Positions 1-12,633 of a DNA stretch of 64,000 bases are shown in pieces. The notes below the pieces were generated by a model. That model was not told the DNA's origin, searched no databases, and saw only the letters and a list, made by a program, of their open reading frames with translations. Position 1 is the first letter of the stretch, and every line of letters begins with the position of its first letter. This DNA is from Phoronis australis. Lineage: Eukaryota > Animalia > Phoronida. The DNA lies in contig NMRA01000216.1 of the NCBI GenBank assembly GCA_002633005.1, forward strand, positions 344,441 to 408,440, written 5' to 3'. Position numbers and translations under genes: made by a program.

Positions 1-327
1 TTCAACCAATATCTGTAATATCTGTAATACCCGTTTGGTAAGCTATTTGGCTGTTTTCGTAAATTTAAACATAAAAGTCTTGATCAACAGTTTTTTAGTA
101 CTTAAAAAAGCCCAATACAAGGGAGCTGTTTTTGTAAACTTAGGTGTAAAAGCCTTGTTCAACGCATTTTTTAATTGTAAAAAAAAACCTCGCTGTGTGT
201 ATTTGGGGGGGGGTTACTGGTGAATGGTGGTGGGGAGGGGGGTAATGCGTCGTTGGAATCATGGACGCCCTGGAATATTTGGAACCCATTTTGGACACCC
301 TATGTTCAAAATCCTGGATGAAGCCCT

Positions 328-1774
328 GGTACGTACACTACAACTTGTGGTCACAGCCCACTTCTACCATGCAAAATTTCATAAGGTGGCTGTTAATTTG
401 ATAAGTTCTTGATCAAATTGAAGAAGTATCACATACTAAAGTAAGAAAAGTTATTACTGTGCTGATCAAGTTGTTCTAGATGATGATACATTGCATATCT
501 TACCACAGTATAGTGAGAACTTCTTCTCTTGCAATATGATTCTTACAAAAAGAAAAAGACAAGTAACTACTTTTTTCAAAATTTTTATTGGTGCTATTTG
601 CCTAGTTTTCAATACATTCACCACTTGGTCAAAATAGTTTAAGCAATGCTAGACCCAGTGTTCTACTTTTCAACAGTAAAAATGGTACTGGTTGGGGGGT
701 ACGTACACTATGCACAGTCGATCAATGTCAAATTTTGATTAAGTTACAAGTGTATGGGATGGTCTCGAGTTTTGTGCTGCCTCTACTTGTTGGTTTGTTG
801 CAAGTTGTCTTGAGAGATAGAGAACCGGCCTCTGCTACATTAATTGTCACATGATGTGTCTTCTAGGATGTTAAGTACTAGCCAAGTCCTGTGTGGCATT
901 CTATTGCCCACACATTTGATAATGTTCATTGTTTTTTTTGTCAGACTGGATACATTTTGGAAATATCAATATTGTTCATGAGAACAGCAGTATGTAAAAA
1001 TACTTGTGGACAATACTTTATAGCACAGAGGTTGAAGTTACGTACACTACATAGGGGTACGTACACTACATTTAAATGACTTGTCAGGTTTATAATGAAT
1101 ACTTTAATAGAATCTACTGAGAGTTAGTTCATTTACCAAATCTATTCAAAGAGAGCAAATAAAAAGTACAGCATACATGTGCATATCTGTCTGTCATTGT
1201 TTGAAAACAGGCACATGTTAAAATCTAGGGGTACATACACTACACAGATGCTAATATTTAACTCAAAACAAATGTATTTGTAATTAACACCCTTTTAACC
1301 TACTTTGTAGCATTTTAATGGAGGAAACTGTGTGTGACAAATGTTACTTACTTACCATGTAATATTTTTGTTTCGTGGTATTTGTTCACATCAGGGTACG
1401 TACACTACACAGGGGTATGTACACTACATTTCAATGACATGTCAGGTTTGTTACTAAATACTAAGAATCTACTGAGAGTTAGATGATTTACTAAATCAAT
1501 TCAAAGAGAAAATATAAAAAGCACAGCATTCATGTGCATATCTGCCATACTTTGAAAATGGGCACAAATTAAAATATAGGGGTTTGTACACTACACAAAT
1601 GCTAATATTTCACTCAAAACAACTGTATTTGCAATAAACACCATTTTAACCTAACATTTTAAGGAAGGAAACTGTCTATGACCAATGTTGCTCACTTTCC
1701 AAGTGATATTTTAATTTTATGGCATTTGTAAACATGGGGGCACGTACTCTACAAAAGGGGGTACATACACTACA
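328..1774. repeat. Array of about 10 copies of GGGGTACGTACACTACA, including two diverged ~350-bp units (about 1037-1393 and 1394-1736); probable non-autonomous DNA transposon interior
   Basis: Motif read directly near 328, 696, 1037, 1054, 1228, 1394, 1412, 1578, 1736 and 1757. Flanking blocks such as GAATCTACTGAGAGTTAG and CATGTGCATATCTG recur in both units. Confidence 0.75.
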
Positions 1775-3401
1775 TCACTGTTTCTGCATCACATGGTTTA
1801 TTTAAATATTGAATTATTTGCTGTGTTACCTAGGCTTACATATTCTGTAGTTATTTTTATTACAGAGTGTGAACTTTAGGTTTTATCCTTCCTAACAGTA
1901 GGTGAGAGCTAGAAACATCAAACACAAAATTTACAAATTTCGTAACGAGTGCCTGTTTCATGATGAACCCTACCATTTCTCAACGATTAAGCACAACTTC
2001 ATCTAAGTGATTCTGAAAGTGACCCAAGTTATTCCCAGTCATATCTAAGCAATTGCTTTCTTAATAAAATAAATTTCTTTTCAACTGTTGACAGTTGAAA
2101 ATAGTAATTTTTAAAATGGCCACTGATAATGCTAAAAATGCATGAAATTCATAGACAAAAACATGCATAAATTTCTCGATCATTGTCCGAATTTGATGAA
2201 TCTTTTTTAATTTGCACAACTAAATAACTCTTTGCATATGAGATTCAGTTGGCATTTGGTAATTGACCAAAAAAAATCATATTAGACCGTAACACGAATG
2301 TGGACCTTGATTGTGATTTAGCCTTCAAGGAAGAGTGTAGTTTTTAATGACACTAATTTCGTGTCAGATTTTATTTGCCCAGTTTTTACTCACATCAGCG
2401 CAAAGCTGTATATTTAGTGTAGGCCTACAGCTTTGTACAAAGGCTAATAGAAAGCTTCCTCCCATTCATGCACAGAACATTATCTCGATCTTTTTAGCAC
2501 ATACCTCTCCATACACTAAATGTGTAATGAAGGGAATGGAACTACCTCCTGTCCAACTGTAAGTATACCTGCCGGAAGTCATGTGAGGTTCACTGTGTGG
2601 TGATATCAGCCAGTCGTAGGGTAGCTAGCCATTAACAAAATGCATAAAGCAGTGGTGAGATTGAAAACCTTGCAAGACTTCCAACATGTTTACGACTGGA
2701 TATAAGGCAGTTCCATTACCTTGATTAGTGTATGAGAAGTATGGTCTAAACATATCAAGATTATATTTTATAAATTCACGTACATCCAGCGTGATTCTTC
2801 CAGGCCGCATCAATTCCAGATCACATTGCAGTAAATTTACTGGGAGATCTTTGAAGGATTAAACTGTAAACTTGTCTCGCAATCATTTGTTGTGCTTGAT
2901 TTATCCTTTCACCAATTTTGAAAATTGTAAAACAGCTAGTTGATTCTGGAATTATCGGAAGATTTTTGTGGCGCTTCTTGAATTTGTGACATCCCGCCAA
3001 AGTTCATGCTATCAAGGTCAAGGTCACTACAAGTCGGCGTTCACCGTTCTAATTGATCAATACTTGCAACATCACACCTCTTCTGGCTGATAATCTAATT
3101 TTCACCAGAGAAAATTTTCAAGTTGGTTTTGTAATGTTTATTACAGAAGTAGTAAGAATTGTGTAGAAGGCATTATAAGCCTTCATTTGTCAATACTGCT
3201 GCTATTTACCTTACTGAGCCACAAGTCTATTGGGGATGTCACAAAATTAGTTGATCAAGTATGTATATCCAGTTTTTGCTAATGTTTTCCTTCAGAAAAC
3301 GTTGATGTTCTCATTGGTCAATATAATATCATAACGTTGTAAGCAGAAATTTGTTTTGATGCTTTTTGCAAAAAGTTAAACCATTGCCTTTTGCTTTCTA
3401 G

Positions 3402-6400
3402 CTTTTGGACGTCATCTTTGGGTTTCTTGCCAGGAAGACTGATTTTTATCTTGGTGGTGAAAGTGGAATGGCTCAAAAGGTATGTAGTGTTTTAATCAAT
3501 TTATGCATTCATAATAATCACATCCTGCAATTCACCTTTCTAGGCAGTAGGGTGAAAAATAGACACCTGATGATCTTTACACTGTATTCATCAGCAAACT
3601 GGTTGTGTTGAGTGAATGTTCTAAAGAATGACGCATTGCACACCTGAGGGCACTTTTCCAACTTGTGTAGCTTTTGCCAACTTGCCCACACCTGCAGAAT
3701 ACATTATGTAAGACTTCTGGCAGTGGAAGGACAGTTATGATAAAGTTAAACATGGAGATTAGCGGATAGCAGTTTGTGAAATTCCATGGTATCAAAACAA
3801 AGCTGAAAGAATTCTGGTGTACGTGAAGCAATGTGAATAGATAACATTTTTTCAAAAGGTGTAAATGGGTTCAGGGTGTGGCTATGGATGTTCTCTTTTA
3901 ATGTGTTTTACAGATTTGTATTGTAAGGTGGACATTTTCACTACATGGCTATTTATCGGTTTACTTAGTTTTGCAAGTCCATTTTGCATGATCACTGGAT
4001 ATTTAGGTTATAGTAAAGTAATAAACTTGATGAGAAATGCTGAGTTTCTGATTGCAATGAGCTATCATTCGAAAAATGCTACCATGGTGATTTAGCACTG
4101 TAGTCAATGGCCACCATAACTATTTGAATATGCATGATCAGAATTTGAACACAATGGTCAAATTTGACGAGTATTTGAGCTCAAAATTTGTTGGCATAGT
4201 TGAATAGCCAACTACGCTTAAAGAACCTAGTGAGAACAACACCAAGTTATTGTTGAGCAATTTACAATTTGTCCTTAAATCAAACTTTCTGTAGTGCCTA
4301 CAGTGGTAATAAGAGAGAAAACGACATTTGTCCGATTGCATGTTTGTGGTAACAAATAGATTAAATACGACAGAGGATATTTAGTTTATATTGGTTCCTG
4401 TCTTGTTCCTTGGATGACAGCTCATCTTGGAGAGGTTCAAGAAACACCAACAGGAGGCGCTTGACAGGCGCGACAAAGACCGGGAGGAACGCGAGGCGAG
4501 CGAGAAGCGCCGTCAGGAAAGAGTGGCCAAAAAGAAGGCGGAAGAAGAGCAGCAGAGACGCAATGAGGAGGAGAGGTTGAAAGAAGAACCCAAGATTAAA
4601 GAGTTGACGGACGAAGAGGCAGAAAAGTTGCAGAAAGAATTAGAGAAGGTTGGAATGACGGCCCTTTGTACCTTTAAATTTCACAAAATGTTTTCCAGCT
4701 CGGGATGAAGAATGACGAGAATTTTGTGATTTTAATGAGTCAGGTGAAAAATGCGTTATGCTATTTCCGTTATATTATTTCACATTAATGTGATGGAAAA
4801 CCATTCAAGTTTCCCTTCGAAGTAACTGCAATTTAATTTCACGATATCACATTGAGGGGGAGAATAATGGAAATCTTTTTGGTCTATTTGCACCAACCTC
4901 GACTGAATTTCTCCAACTGTAGTCTGGTGAGTGAGCAACGTTGATAAAAACAAGTTGTTCGCTCAAAGAAAGTGTGAGTGGAACCATTCAATATAGAGGT
5001 CAGTGCATGTAAACCAAGTACAAATACGTTGTATGATTTTAACTTAAATTTGCTCCAGGAAAAAAATGGAGTGCCATCAGAGGATACTGAGACTAAGGAA
5101 GATGAAGACGATGATAAAGATAAGGTATTGTGAATTGCATATTGAACTTGGATGTTTTACTGTATTTTCATCTTTAAGTAAATAATTGTGGAAATTTTTA
5201 CTGATGTGACTACTATTTACATTTTGTCTATGGTGGACTTGTGTTGACAAGTATGTTATTAGACGATAGAAAATTTTTTGCTTTACTTGCTATTGATTGA
5301 TAACAGTCATCGATGTTATGGACAAGAGATGAAATTTACTTAAGCTGAGGTGCTTCTAGTAAGGGCTGTTCCATCAAAATCTGTGTGGGGGGGGAAGGCA
5401 ACTGACATAAAAATTTATGGGTTGTTGCGTTTGATTTAAATTCAAAATGGCTGGTGGTCGTACTTCAAAAAAATAAAAATTTACAGGTCGTTGTTGTTTC
5501 ATTGTGCCATAAATGTTTGATGGTGGGTAATTTTAGTAAATTTTATAAACAATCCGCACAGAACCAAAACTGAAACAAAAATGCAATTTGCAAAAAGCTC
5601 CGACTTTTTCACTCCCTCCGATCTCCTCATCGGCATGCCCATAACACCATTTAACCACAGGTGCTCGAATTTCTCGATGGCTAATAACCATATGTAAGGA
5701 ACATTATGTTTTCTTAGTAATGAATGACGTTAGTGGTGATGGAGGAACAGATAAACTCAAGCGCCTGTGCAGTCAACCACAAGAACAAAAAAAAATTACG
5801 GGTGGTTGCATTTCAAACTTATAACAAGTTACGGGTGGTAGGCTGAAGAAATAAATGAAAAATATGGGTGGTGGGTGTGAAAAAAAGGTGCCTTCCCCCC
5901 CTCCCATACAGATTTTACTGGAACAGCCCTAAGACTTTCATGTTGGGAGTTTAGTGAGATTATGCTTGTTTAGAGTGAAACAGGAGATCTCCATAGTGTG
6001 GTATGTGTAAACTTGAACCTTATTTAGGTTCGCAGTAGCTATGTCGGGGTGGAAACAACATGGTTGTCAAATTGCTGAACATAGTGTTTTACTTTCAACA
6101 TGGCTCACATGCTCGGTAAACTCAGTTCACCAAATCTTAACCACAGCTCGCCTACCACCAAACACAATGGTGGAGTCGTAAAACATGGCTTAGTCACCCA
6201 AGGACACAGATCCCTGCTCACAAACATGGTGTACTGAGTGCCTAACATGGTGGGCAGAGTTTGGTACTGTGTTTAGTGGTCAGAGAACCTTGACTGAGTC
6301 GGCGACATGAGTTTATTGTACCTGAGAGCTGATTTTATGATTGAAGAATCATGTACATAAGTACGAAGCTGTGTTGTTTCCAACCCTGTTAAATGCCCAC

Positions 6401-9400
6401 TACTGATTAAAGTGATTGGACTGCTGAGCCAGAATGTTGAATAATGGGAAAATTTGATATGTAGCCACCCATAACATTCGTCATTTCCTTTGAATAAGCC
6501 AAGATTTCTTGCCACAAGTGTCTCGTGAGTGAGTAACATTATTGAGCACGCCTGTGGTGAGCTTCACCTTCATTGTAATGACCTTCACCTTCCCTGTACT
6601 AACAGGCAGACGATGAGGAGGAGGATGAAGCAGACAAGAACAAACTGAAGCCAAATTCTGGCAACGGGGCGGACTTACAAAACTATAGCTGGACGCAGAC
6701 TCTGCAAGAGGTGGAGGTTCGTAATTAGGGAAATTGTTTACTGTACATTGTTTTAGTCATCATGCATGTTGTTTAATCCAGAGTTACCATTCCTCTGCAT
6801 AGACTGTTGCCTCAGTATTATCTGTGCAGCGTGTGGATGGCAAGTATAGCATAAAATGGCTCGTAAATCTATTTCATTCTTTTCATGTTGCCAGCTTTAA
6901 GTATGCTACTGTCAGGTCTTGTACATTTTCTTAATTTACACTGCCTTGTTGGAAAATATTTTTGGATGGAGTCATTTTTCCATTTGCTGGTGTTGGTTTA
7001 CTCTTGTCTATTCTTAAAATCAATAGCATAAGTTAGAATTCAATTTTGCTGCTTGTTTGCATAAAATTGGTTTCTATAGCAGTTTAAACCCAGGATGTTA
7101 CAAGGACAATGTTATGACCAGAATCAAGTAATCAAACCATGACTCTATTCTGCCGATGTCATTTTTGGGACTGCCTACTTTTATTCGTGTATTCGTATTT
7201 TGCATAATTCATTTACAGATCCGAATTCCCCTAAAAGTATCTTTCCGAATTAAAAGCAAAGACGTGATTGTGGATATGCATAAGAAGGTGGGTGTACGCT
7301 TATTGTCATTGTTAATGTCGTCTCTTAGAAGAAAAAATACTTGCAGCAACTTGCTATACACTTGCCAGTTTTACCATGCTAATTGAAGAACCAGTGTTTG
7401 GTTCTTGAACATATTATGAATTGGTCAAGCGTACTTAAGTGCGACTGACGCTAGTCAAGAACCGTTTTAAGGTAATGATAGTCTGTACCTACCTTACTTT
7501 CACCATGACTGACCTTTCTTGTACTTTGAAACATTTGAATGTATGCCACAAACTTGTCAGTAAATATCATGAGTGATGCGATACGCTATTTTTCTAGCAC
7601 TTAAAAGTGGGCCTGAAGGGACACCCACCTGTGATAGATGGGGACTTTCCAAAAGAAATAAAAGTGGAAGAATCAATGTGGACTCTTCAAGATGGCAATG
7701 AAGTTGTTATCAGTATAGAAAAGGTTAGTATGTAGAATTGTAGTCCAAATCTGTCTTCACTATGTTTTGTTACAATATCTTGTGCGTCATCAGACAAATC
7801 TCTACACTTTCATATTTTTAAGTAGCGTGGTATTTGATTTGTGGGATCTATTATGTTGTTGACTCCCATGTTTGTATCGCCAGGTGTTAATGAGTGGCTT
7901 ACATTGAATGAAACTGGCACATTTCATAATTCATAGAATGACATTTTCTTGTTAAAACTTTTCAAAAAATGATTGACGTGATCTTATTTTACACAGACAT
8001 ACCGGAAACCAAGCTTTCAGTCTCTTCGCACTTACACATCCTGTTATATTTAACTTGAACACGTGTTATACTTGACTTTAATGTATGTTATACACTAACT
8101 TGACTTGAACGTGTGTTATACTTGACTTGAACGTGTTATACTTGACTTGAATACGTGTTATACTTGACTTGAACGTGTTATACTTGACTTGAATACGTGT
8201 TATACTTGACTTGAACGTGTTATACTTGACTTGAATACATGTTATACTTGACTTAAACGTATGTCATACTTGACTTGAACGTGTGTTATACTTGACTTGA
8301 ATGTGTGTTATACTTGACTTGAACGTGTTTTACAGATCAACAAGATGGAATGGTGGAGTCATATTGTCACCACAGATCCCGAGATCAACACCAAGAAGGT
8401 ACAGCCTGAAAACTCCAAGGTAGGTCATTAAGATGTCATTCTAACGAAGACACAGAACAGGGGTCCGTTTTATCAAAAATCATCAGTCTGGTTAGAGCAA
8501 AGATGGTCATGGATACATTATCGCAAAAGCAACCTTGCGTTTTTGAAACAGCGAAAACTTTGCAAATTTGACGATGGTTTGATATTAACACGTAAGGAGC
8601 CAATAAAAGTTTTGAACGTCTTGGCTAATGCCTGACTTAGACCTTCTATAAAATAGACAGCAGGAACGTCTTGGCTAATGCCTGACTTAGACCTTCTATA
8701 AAATGGACAGCAGGAACGTCTTGGCTAATGCCTGACTTAGACCTTCTATGAAATAGACAGCAGGAACGTCTTGGCTAATGCCTGACTTAGACCTTCTATA
8801 AAATAGACAACAGGAACGTCTTGGCTAATGCCTGACTTAGACCTTCTATGAAATAGACAGCAGGAACGTCTTGGCTAATGCCTGACTTAGACCTTCTATA
8901 AAATGGACAGCAGGAACGTCTTGGCTAATGCCTGACTTAGACCTTCTATAAAATAGACAGCAGGAACGTCTTGGCTAATGCCTGACTTAGACCTTCTATA
9001 AAATGGACAGCAGGAACGTCTTGGCTAATGCCTGACTTAGACCTTCTATAAAATGGACAGCAGTTGCTGAAAACTATTTGAAGATAACGTGCCCCTTCAG
9101 CCGTACGCGTACCTTTTGGAAAGTATCCAGGCGAGCTGAGCTTAACCTCATTTTCGCTTACAGAGACTTAGAATGAGTGAATTCCAACTTTCAGTAAGAC
9201 AAGACTGATCACATTTACTGTCAACTGACGCATGGTTCTGGGCAGTCAAGACCCCTGTCCTTGGCTACTTTGGTGTTGGTGCAATGAAAGATAATGAATT
9301 ATTCCTTCTCACTGTCTTTTGTGGGACCTCACGGCCACAATGTTAGAAATGTGCCACGAGTATCTAGACATAATACCTGTTTTCTGATAGCCACATCCCA

Positions 9401-11736
9401 GAACATCACAAAAATAGCCCGGCTTTTCTTAAAAGGTCACGACCTCTGACCAAAAAAATTTACCCACAATGCTGCGTGTCAGTAAATAAGGCTCTTGTTC
9501 CATAGTTTCACAATGTCGAGGTGCTAGTCACCGCATTGCAATTCCAACACCAACATATCCCTTTCAACAGCCTTTAAAAATGAATGCATTTCCACCTCTG
9601 AAAAAGAAGAGTTGAATTTGGGATGCATCTATGGAAAAACCAGGATGTTGATTGTACTTGAACATGGTAACCGGCAGATTACTGAGAAATGTGTTCAGGG
9701 TGTGCCAATAGCTATGGTAACTGTTCTCACTATTGAATTCTGAATCACGGTAATTTAAATTTCTTAAATTTTGCCAAGCTTGTCATGTCTCTGTTTTCTC
9801 TAACAGTTTGTTCAGCTGAATTAATCTAAAAGATTGTGCAGTCATAAAAAATTCAAATGATTGTTGTGCCTGGTGCCTATTTACCGAAACAGTCATTTGT
9901 AAAATTTTGTATGGGTCAGTTGAATTGCTGTGCGTGGCTTTTTGGTATATTTGGTCAACCTCAACATATTTGGCAACTCTTGTGGACCTTTAGTATTTGT
10001 GTTATCTAGTTGGCTGACCTTGATGGAGAGACGAGAAGCATGGTGGAGAAAATGATGTATGACCAGAGACAGAAAGAGATGGGTAAACCAACCTCAGATG
10101 AACAGAAGAAGCAAGACGTACTAAACAAGTATGTCTGCTGCAGTTTGCTGTTCCTTGTTTAACTAAAGCGCTGTCCACACTGACTTGTCTTAGAACAAGT
10201 TACTCCTGGAACGAGTTGTCACGAGGTTTGGGGGCAGTGTGGACACTATTTAAACTGTAGTTGCAACTGGCCCCACTTGTGACATCTTACTCCCCCTTAT
10301 CGAGGTAGGGTAACTTGTGTCATTTCTAATGGCTGAGTGGCCGCAAACCTGGGGCAACGCTGTAGTAATTATTAGCTGCATTTACATAAACACGGGGCTT
10401 CTTTTCACACTGCATTCGCATCAACTGGTCAAGCACAGAGCAGCAACTTCCGCCTTGCGGTAATTATAGGATTTGTGTGTGTGTGTGTGAACGCTCCACT
10501 TAAAGTGGGGCAAGTTGCACTAGTCCAAGTTTTTCTAGGGTAAGTCTGTGTCTCAATGGGACTTAACAGTTAAGGGAAACGTAAATGTTTTGGTGGTTTT
10601 CACTAAAATACAAATCGGGGACGGCTTTAGATATATGTTGAAATAACAACTGTTCTCAGGTGCTTATTAGCTATGTATACAATAGGTACACTTGGCGCCA
10701 CTGGCATGTTTTTAACACACCGACTGATTCACCTTGAGTCGGATCTGATTGTTTTTGTTTGCTTGGTGAAATGGACATTGTCAACAGGACAGTCAGTAAC
10801 TACTTCGCTTTCTAATGTATCCACTGTCAATGTGAGTTGGGAACTGTGACTAAAAGTGAATTATGTCCAAGATAAGTGGTGATTTTTAATTATTAAAAGC
10901 AAAACCAATGATTTTGGATTTCCCCTTTTGACAGGACTTCGACCTGTTGTCTTAAAGTTTTTGTTGTTGGTATTACTTGTTAAATTACAATTGAACTTTG
11001 AAGCTTTTAAAGTCGAGAAGTCAGTCTGCCAAATTTCAGCCAACACAATTGCCAAAAATTGGAAAGCGCAGTACCTGAAATCAGATTGCAAAAGCTTTGA
11101 GTTTAGCTGGAAGCCAAACTGACAATATTTTCTTGTTTTTGATTACTGTGTGGGAGATGGTCTGAAAGTAATTTGAACTGATTCTTATGTTTCGGATGCC
11201 ACGTTACATCTTAAAATTGCTTTAGGAAAGAGAACATGAATAGCCTTTTGAAATTTTCACCTCTGTACGGTTTCATTTTTTATCTTAGTTGTGTGTACTT
11301 ATGATTAGTGTTCTTCATTTTGGGACGTAACAGAAAATTTCACTTTGTATAACATAACAACAAAACTGTTTGGAAAAATTTCCTTTGCTTTTACCAGATG
11401 ATTTGTATGTTACAGCTGTCTCCAAAACCATGACTGAAATTTTAACCAGTTGTAGCAATAGTGAACCTCTGAAAAGTAGAAAACTGATATAGCCATTATT
11501 CTTGTCCCAAATTGAAGATTTTTTACCATAATTATGCCACAAAGTTGTTACAGCGTGTCTTAGTTATTTGGTACCTCACACTTCATGTTATCTATTAGAA
11601 CGCACAAACCTTCTGACCAACCATGCATTGTCTATTAGAATGCACAAACCTTCTGACCAATCATGCGTTGTCTCTTCTTTCCAGATTCATGAAACAACAT
11701 CCTGAAATGGACTTCTCCAAATGCAAGTTTAGTTGA
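3402..11736 (+). CDS. NUDC: Nuclear migration protein NudC (5'-partial; first coding exon not found in the window)
   Basis: GT-AG exons in consistent phase: 3402-3479, 4421-4648, 5059-5124, 6606-6716, 7219-7287, 7598-7723, 8336-8419, 10010-10128, 11685-11736. Translation gives NudC hallmarks [79 protein letters not shown] and [16 protein letters not shown]-stop. Confidence 0.96.
5363..5929. mobile_element. PIF/Harbinger-type MITE in a NudC intron
   Basis: TIRs GGGCTGTTCCATCAAAATCTGTGTGGG..GAAGGCA and TGCCTTCCC..CCCATACAGATTTTACTGGAACAGCCC. TAA target duplication at 5360-5362 and 5930-5932. Confidence 0.8.
8042..8330. repeat. 22-24 bp minisatellite (GTTATACTTGACTTGAAC[GT]) abutting a NudC 3' splice site
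   Basis: About 12 tandem copies. The last runs into TTTTACAG, the acceptor of exon 8336. Confidence 0.92.
8614..9063. repeat. 50-bp tandem repeat, 9 near-identical copies
   Basis: Unit GAACGTCTTGGCTAATGCCTGACTTAGACCTTCTATAAAATAGACAGCAG with exact 50-bp period and only a few A/G variants. Confidence 0.97.
9265..9558. mobile_element. Degenerate foldback/MITE-like element
   Basis: TACTTTGGTGTTGGTGCAATG (~9267) is an imperfect inverted match to CATTGCAATTCCAACACCAACATA (~9534). A second imperfect inverted pair lies inside. Confidence 0.45.
10166..10566. mobile_element. Degenerate MITE-like element with imperfect TIRs and a short (GT)n
   Basis: TCCACACTGACTTGTCTTAGAACAAGTT is an imperfect inverted match to AAGTTTTTCTAGGGTAAGTCTGTGT. 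No clear TSD. Confidence 0.4.
11591..11670. repeat. 40-bp tandem duplication of the branch-point region before the last NudC exon
   Basis: TCTATTAGAA(C/T)GCACAAACCTTCTGACCAA(C/T)CATGC(A/G)TTG twice. Each copy contains CTGAC. Confidence 0.9.
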
Positions 11737-12633
11737 TTGTGCAAGCTTAAACTGAACATGGTCATTTTGCTTTACTGGATCCACACTGTGTGCAATCAGA
11801 TCTACATAATTATGTATTGGAGTAAAAATTCATCTCCTGATGCTCTCACCATCAATGCACTTCTAACAATTGTCAATGAGCGTAACAGTGTGCTCGTGGA
11901 AGATTTCAAGACGAGTGTCCTCAAAAGCATAGTTCTTGTGCATGTACAAAAGTGTATAAATTTTCTCTCATACAAAAACAGGATTGTTTGTTGAAATACT
12001 TGTTGGTCATGTGGAATCGATGCCTGACAAATCAAAGCGGCAGCTGTTCAACCAAAATCAAATGTTCAAAATGTTTCTTCAGTTGCCACACTTTCCAAGC
12101 ACCGCAGGTTTTTATGGTCTTACAAATTACCTCTTCTCATATTTGGATAGAGTTACTCGATTTGGGAATGCTTGTTGAAAGTCAGCAAACAGTAATCATT
12201 ACTTTGCCTTATTAAGTTAAAAGTTTGCCAGAAATTGTCTACTGCATTGTTTATCACAACAAAGATGTATTGTGCTTTTAATAAGACTTGGGAAGCTGAT
12301 CAGTCCATACTTTATTCTGCAAATTACATAATATAGTTAAAACACACTAACGACACAGATCCAATTTTCCCCTTTCAAGTTTTGCTATACAAGAGTCCAC
12401 AGTTTCGAGTTGAGCATGCGTAATGCAGCTTTCATAGCATGATTAAGGACATTCAATTCCTGCCAGTGTTGGAGTGTCCACTAAGCTAAAGCTAAAGGCT
12501 AGGGCACCACCTATTAAAACTTTATACTCAAATGGACAAAAATGGTGGACTTCTTATGGCTTAGGAACCGCAGAAAGTTTAATCCTACATTCATTATTGA
12601 CAAACACTTATGAATTCCAATTTTTTGCTGTCA

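Noticed and set aside
8614-9063. CRISPR-like array
   Set aside because: Units are contiguous with no unique spacers, there are no cas genes, and the context is a eukaryotic intron.
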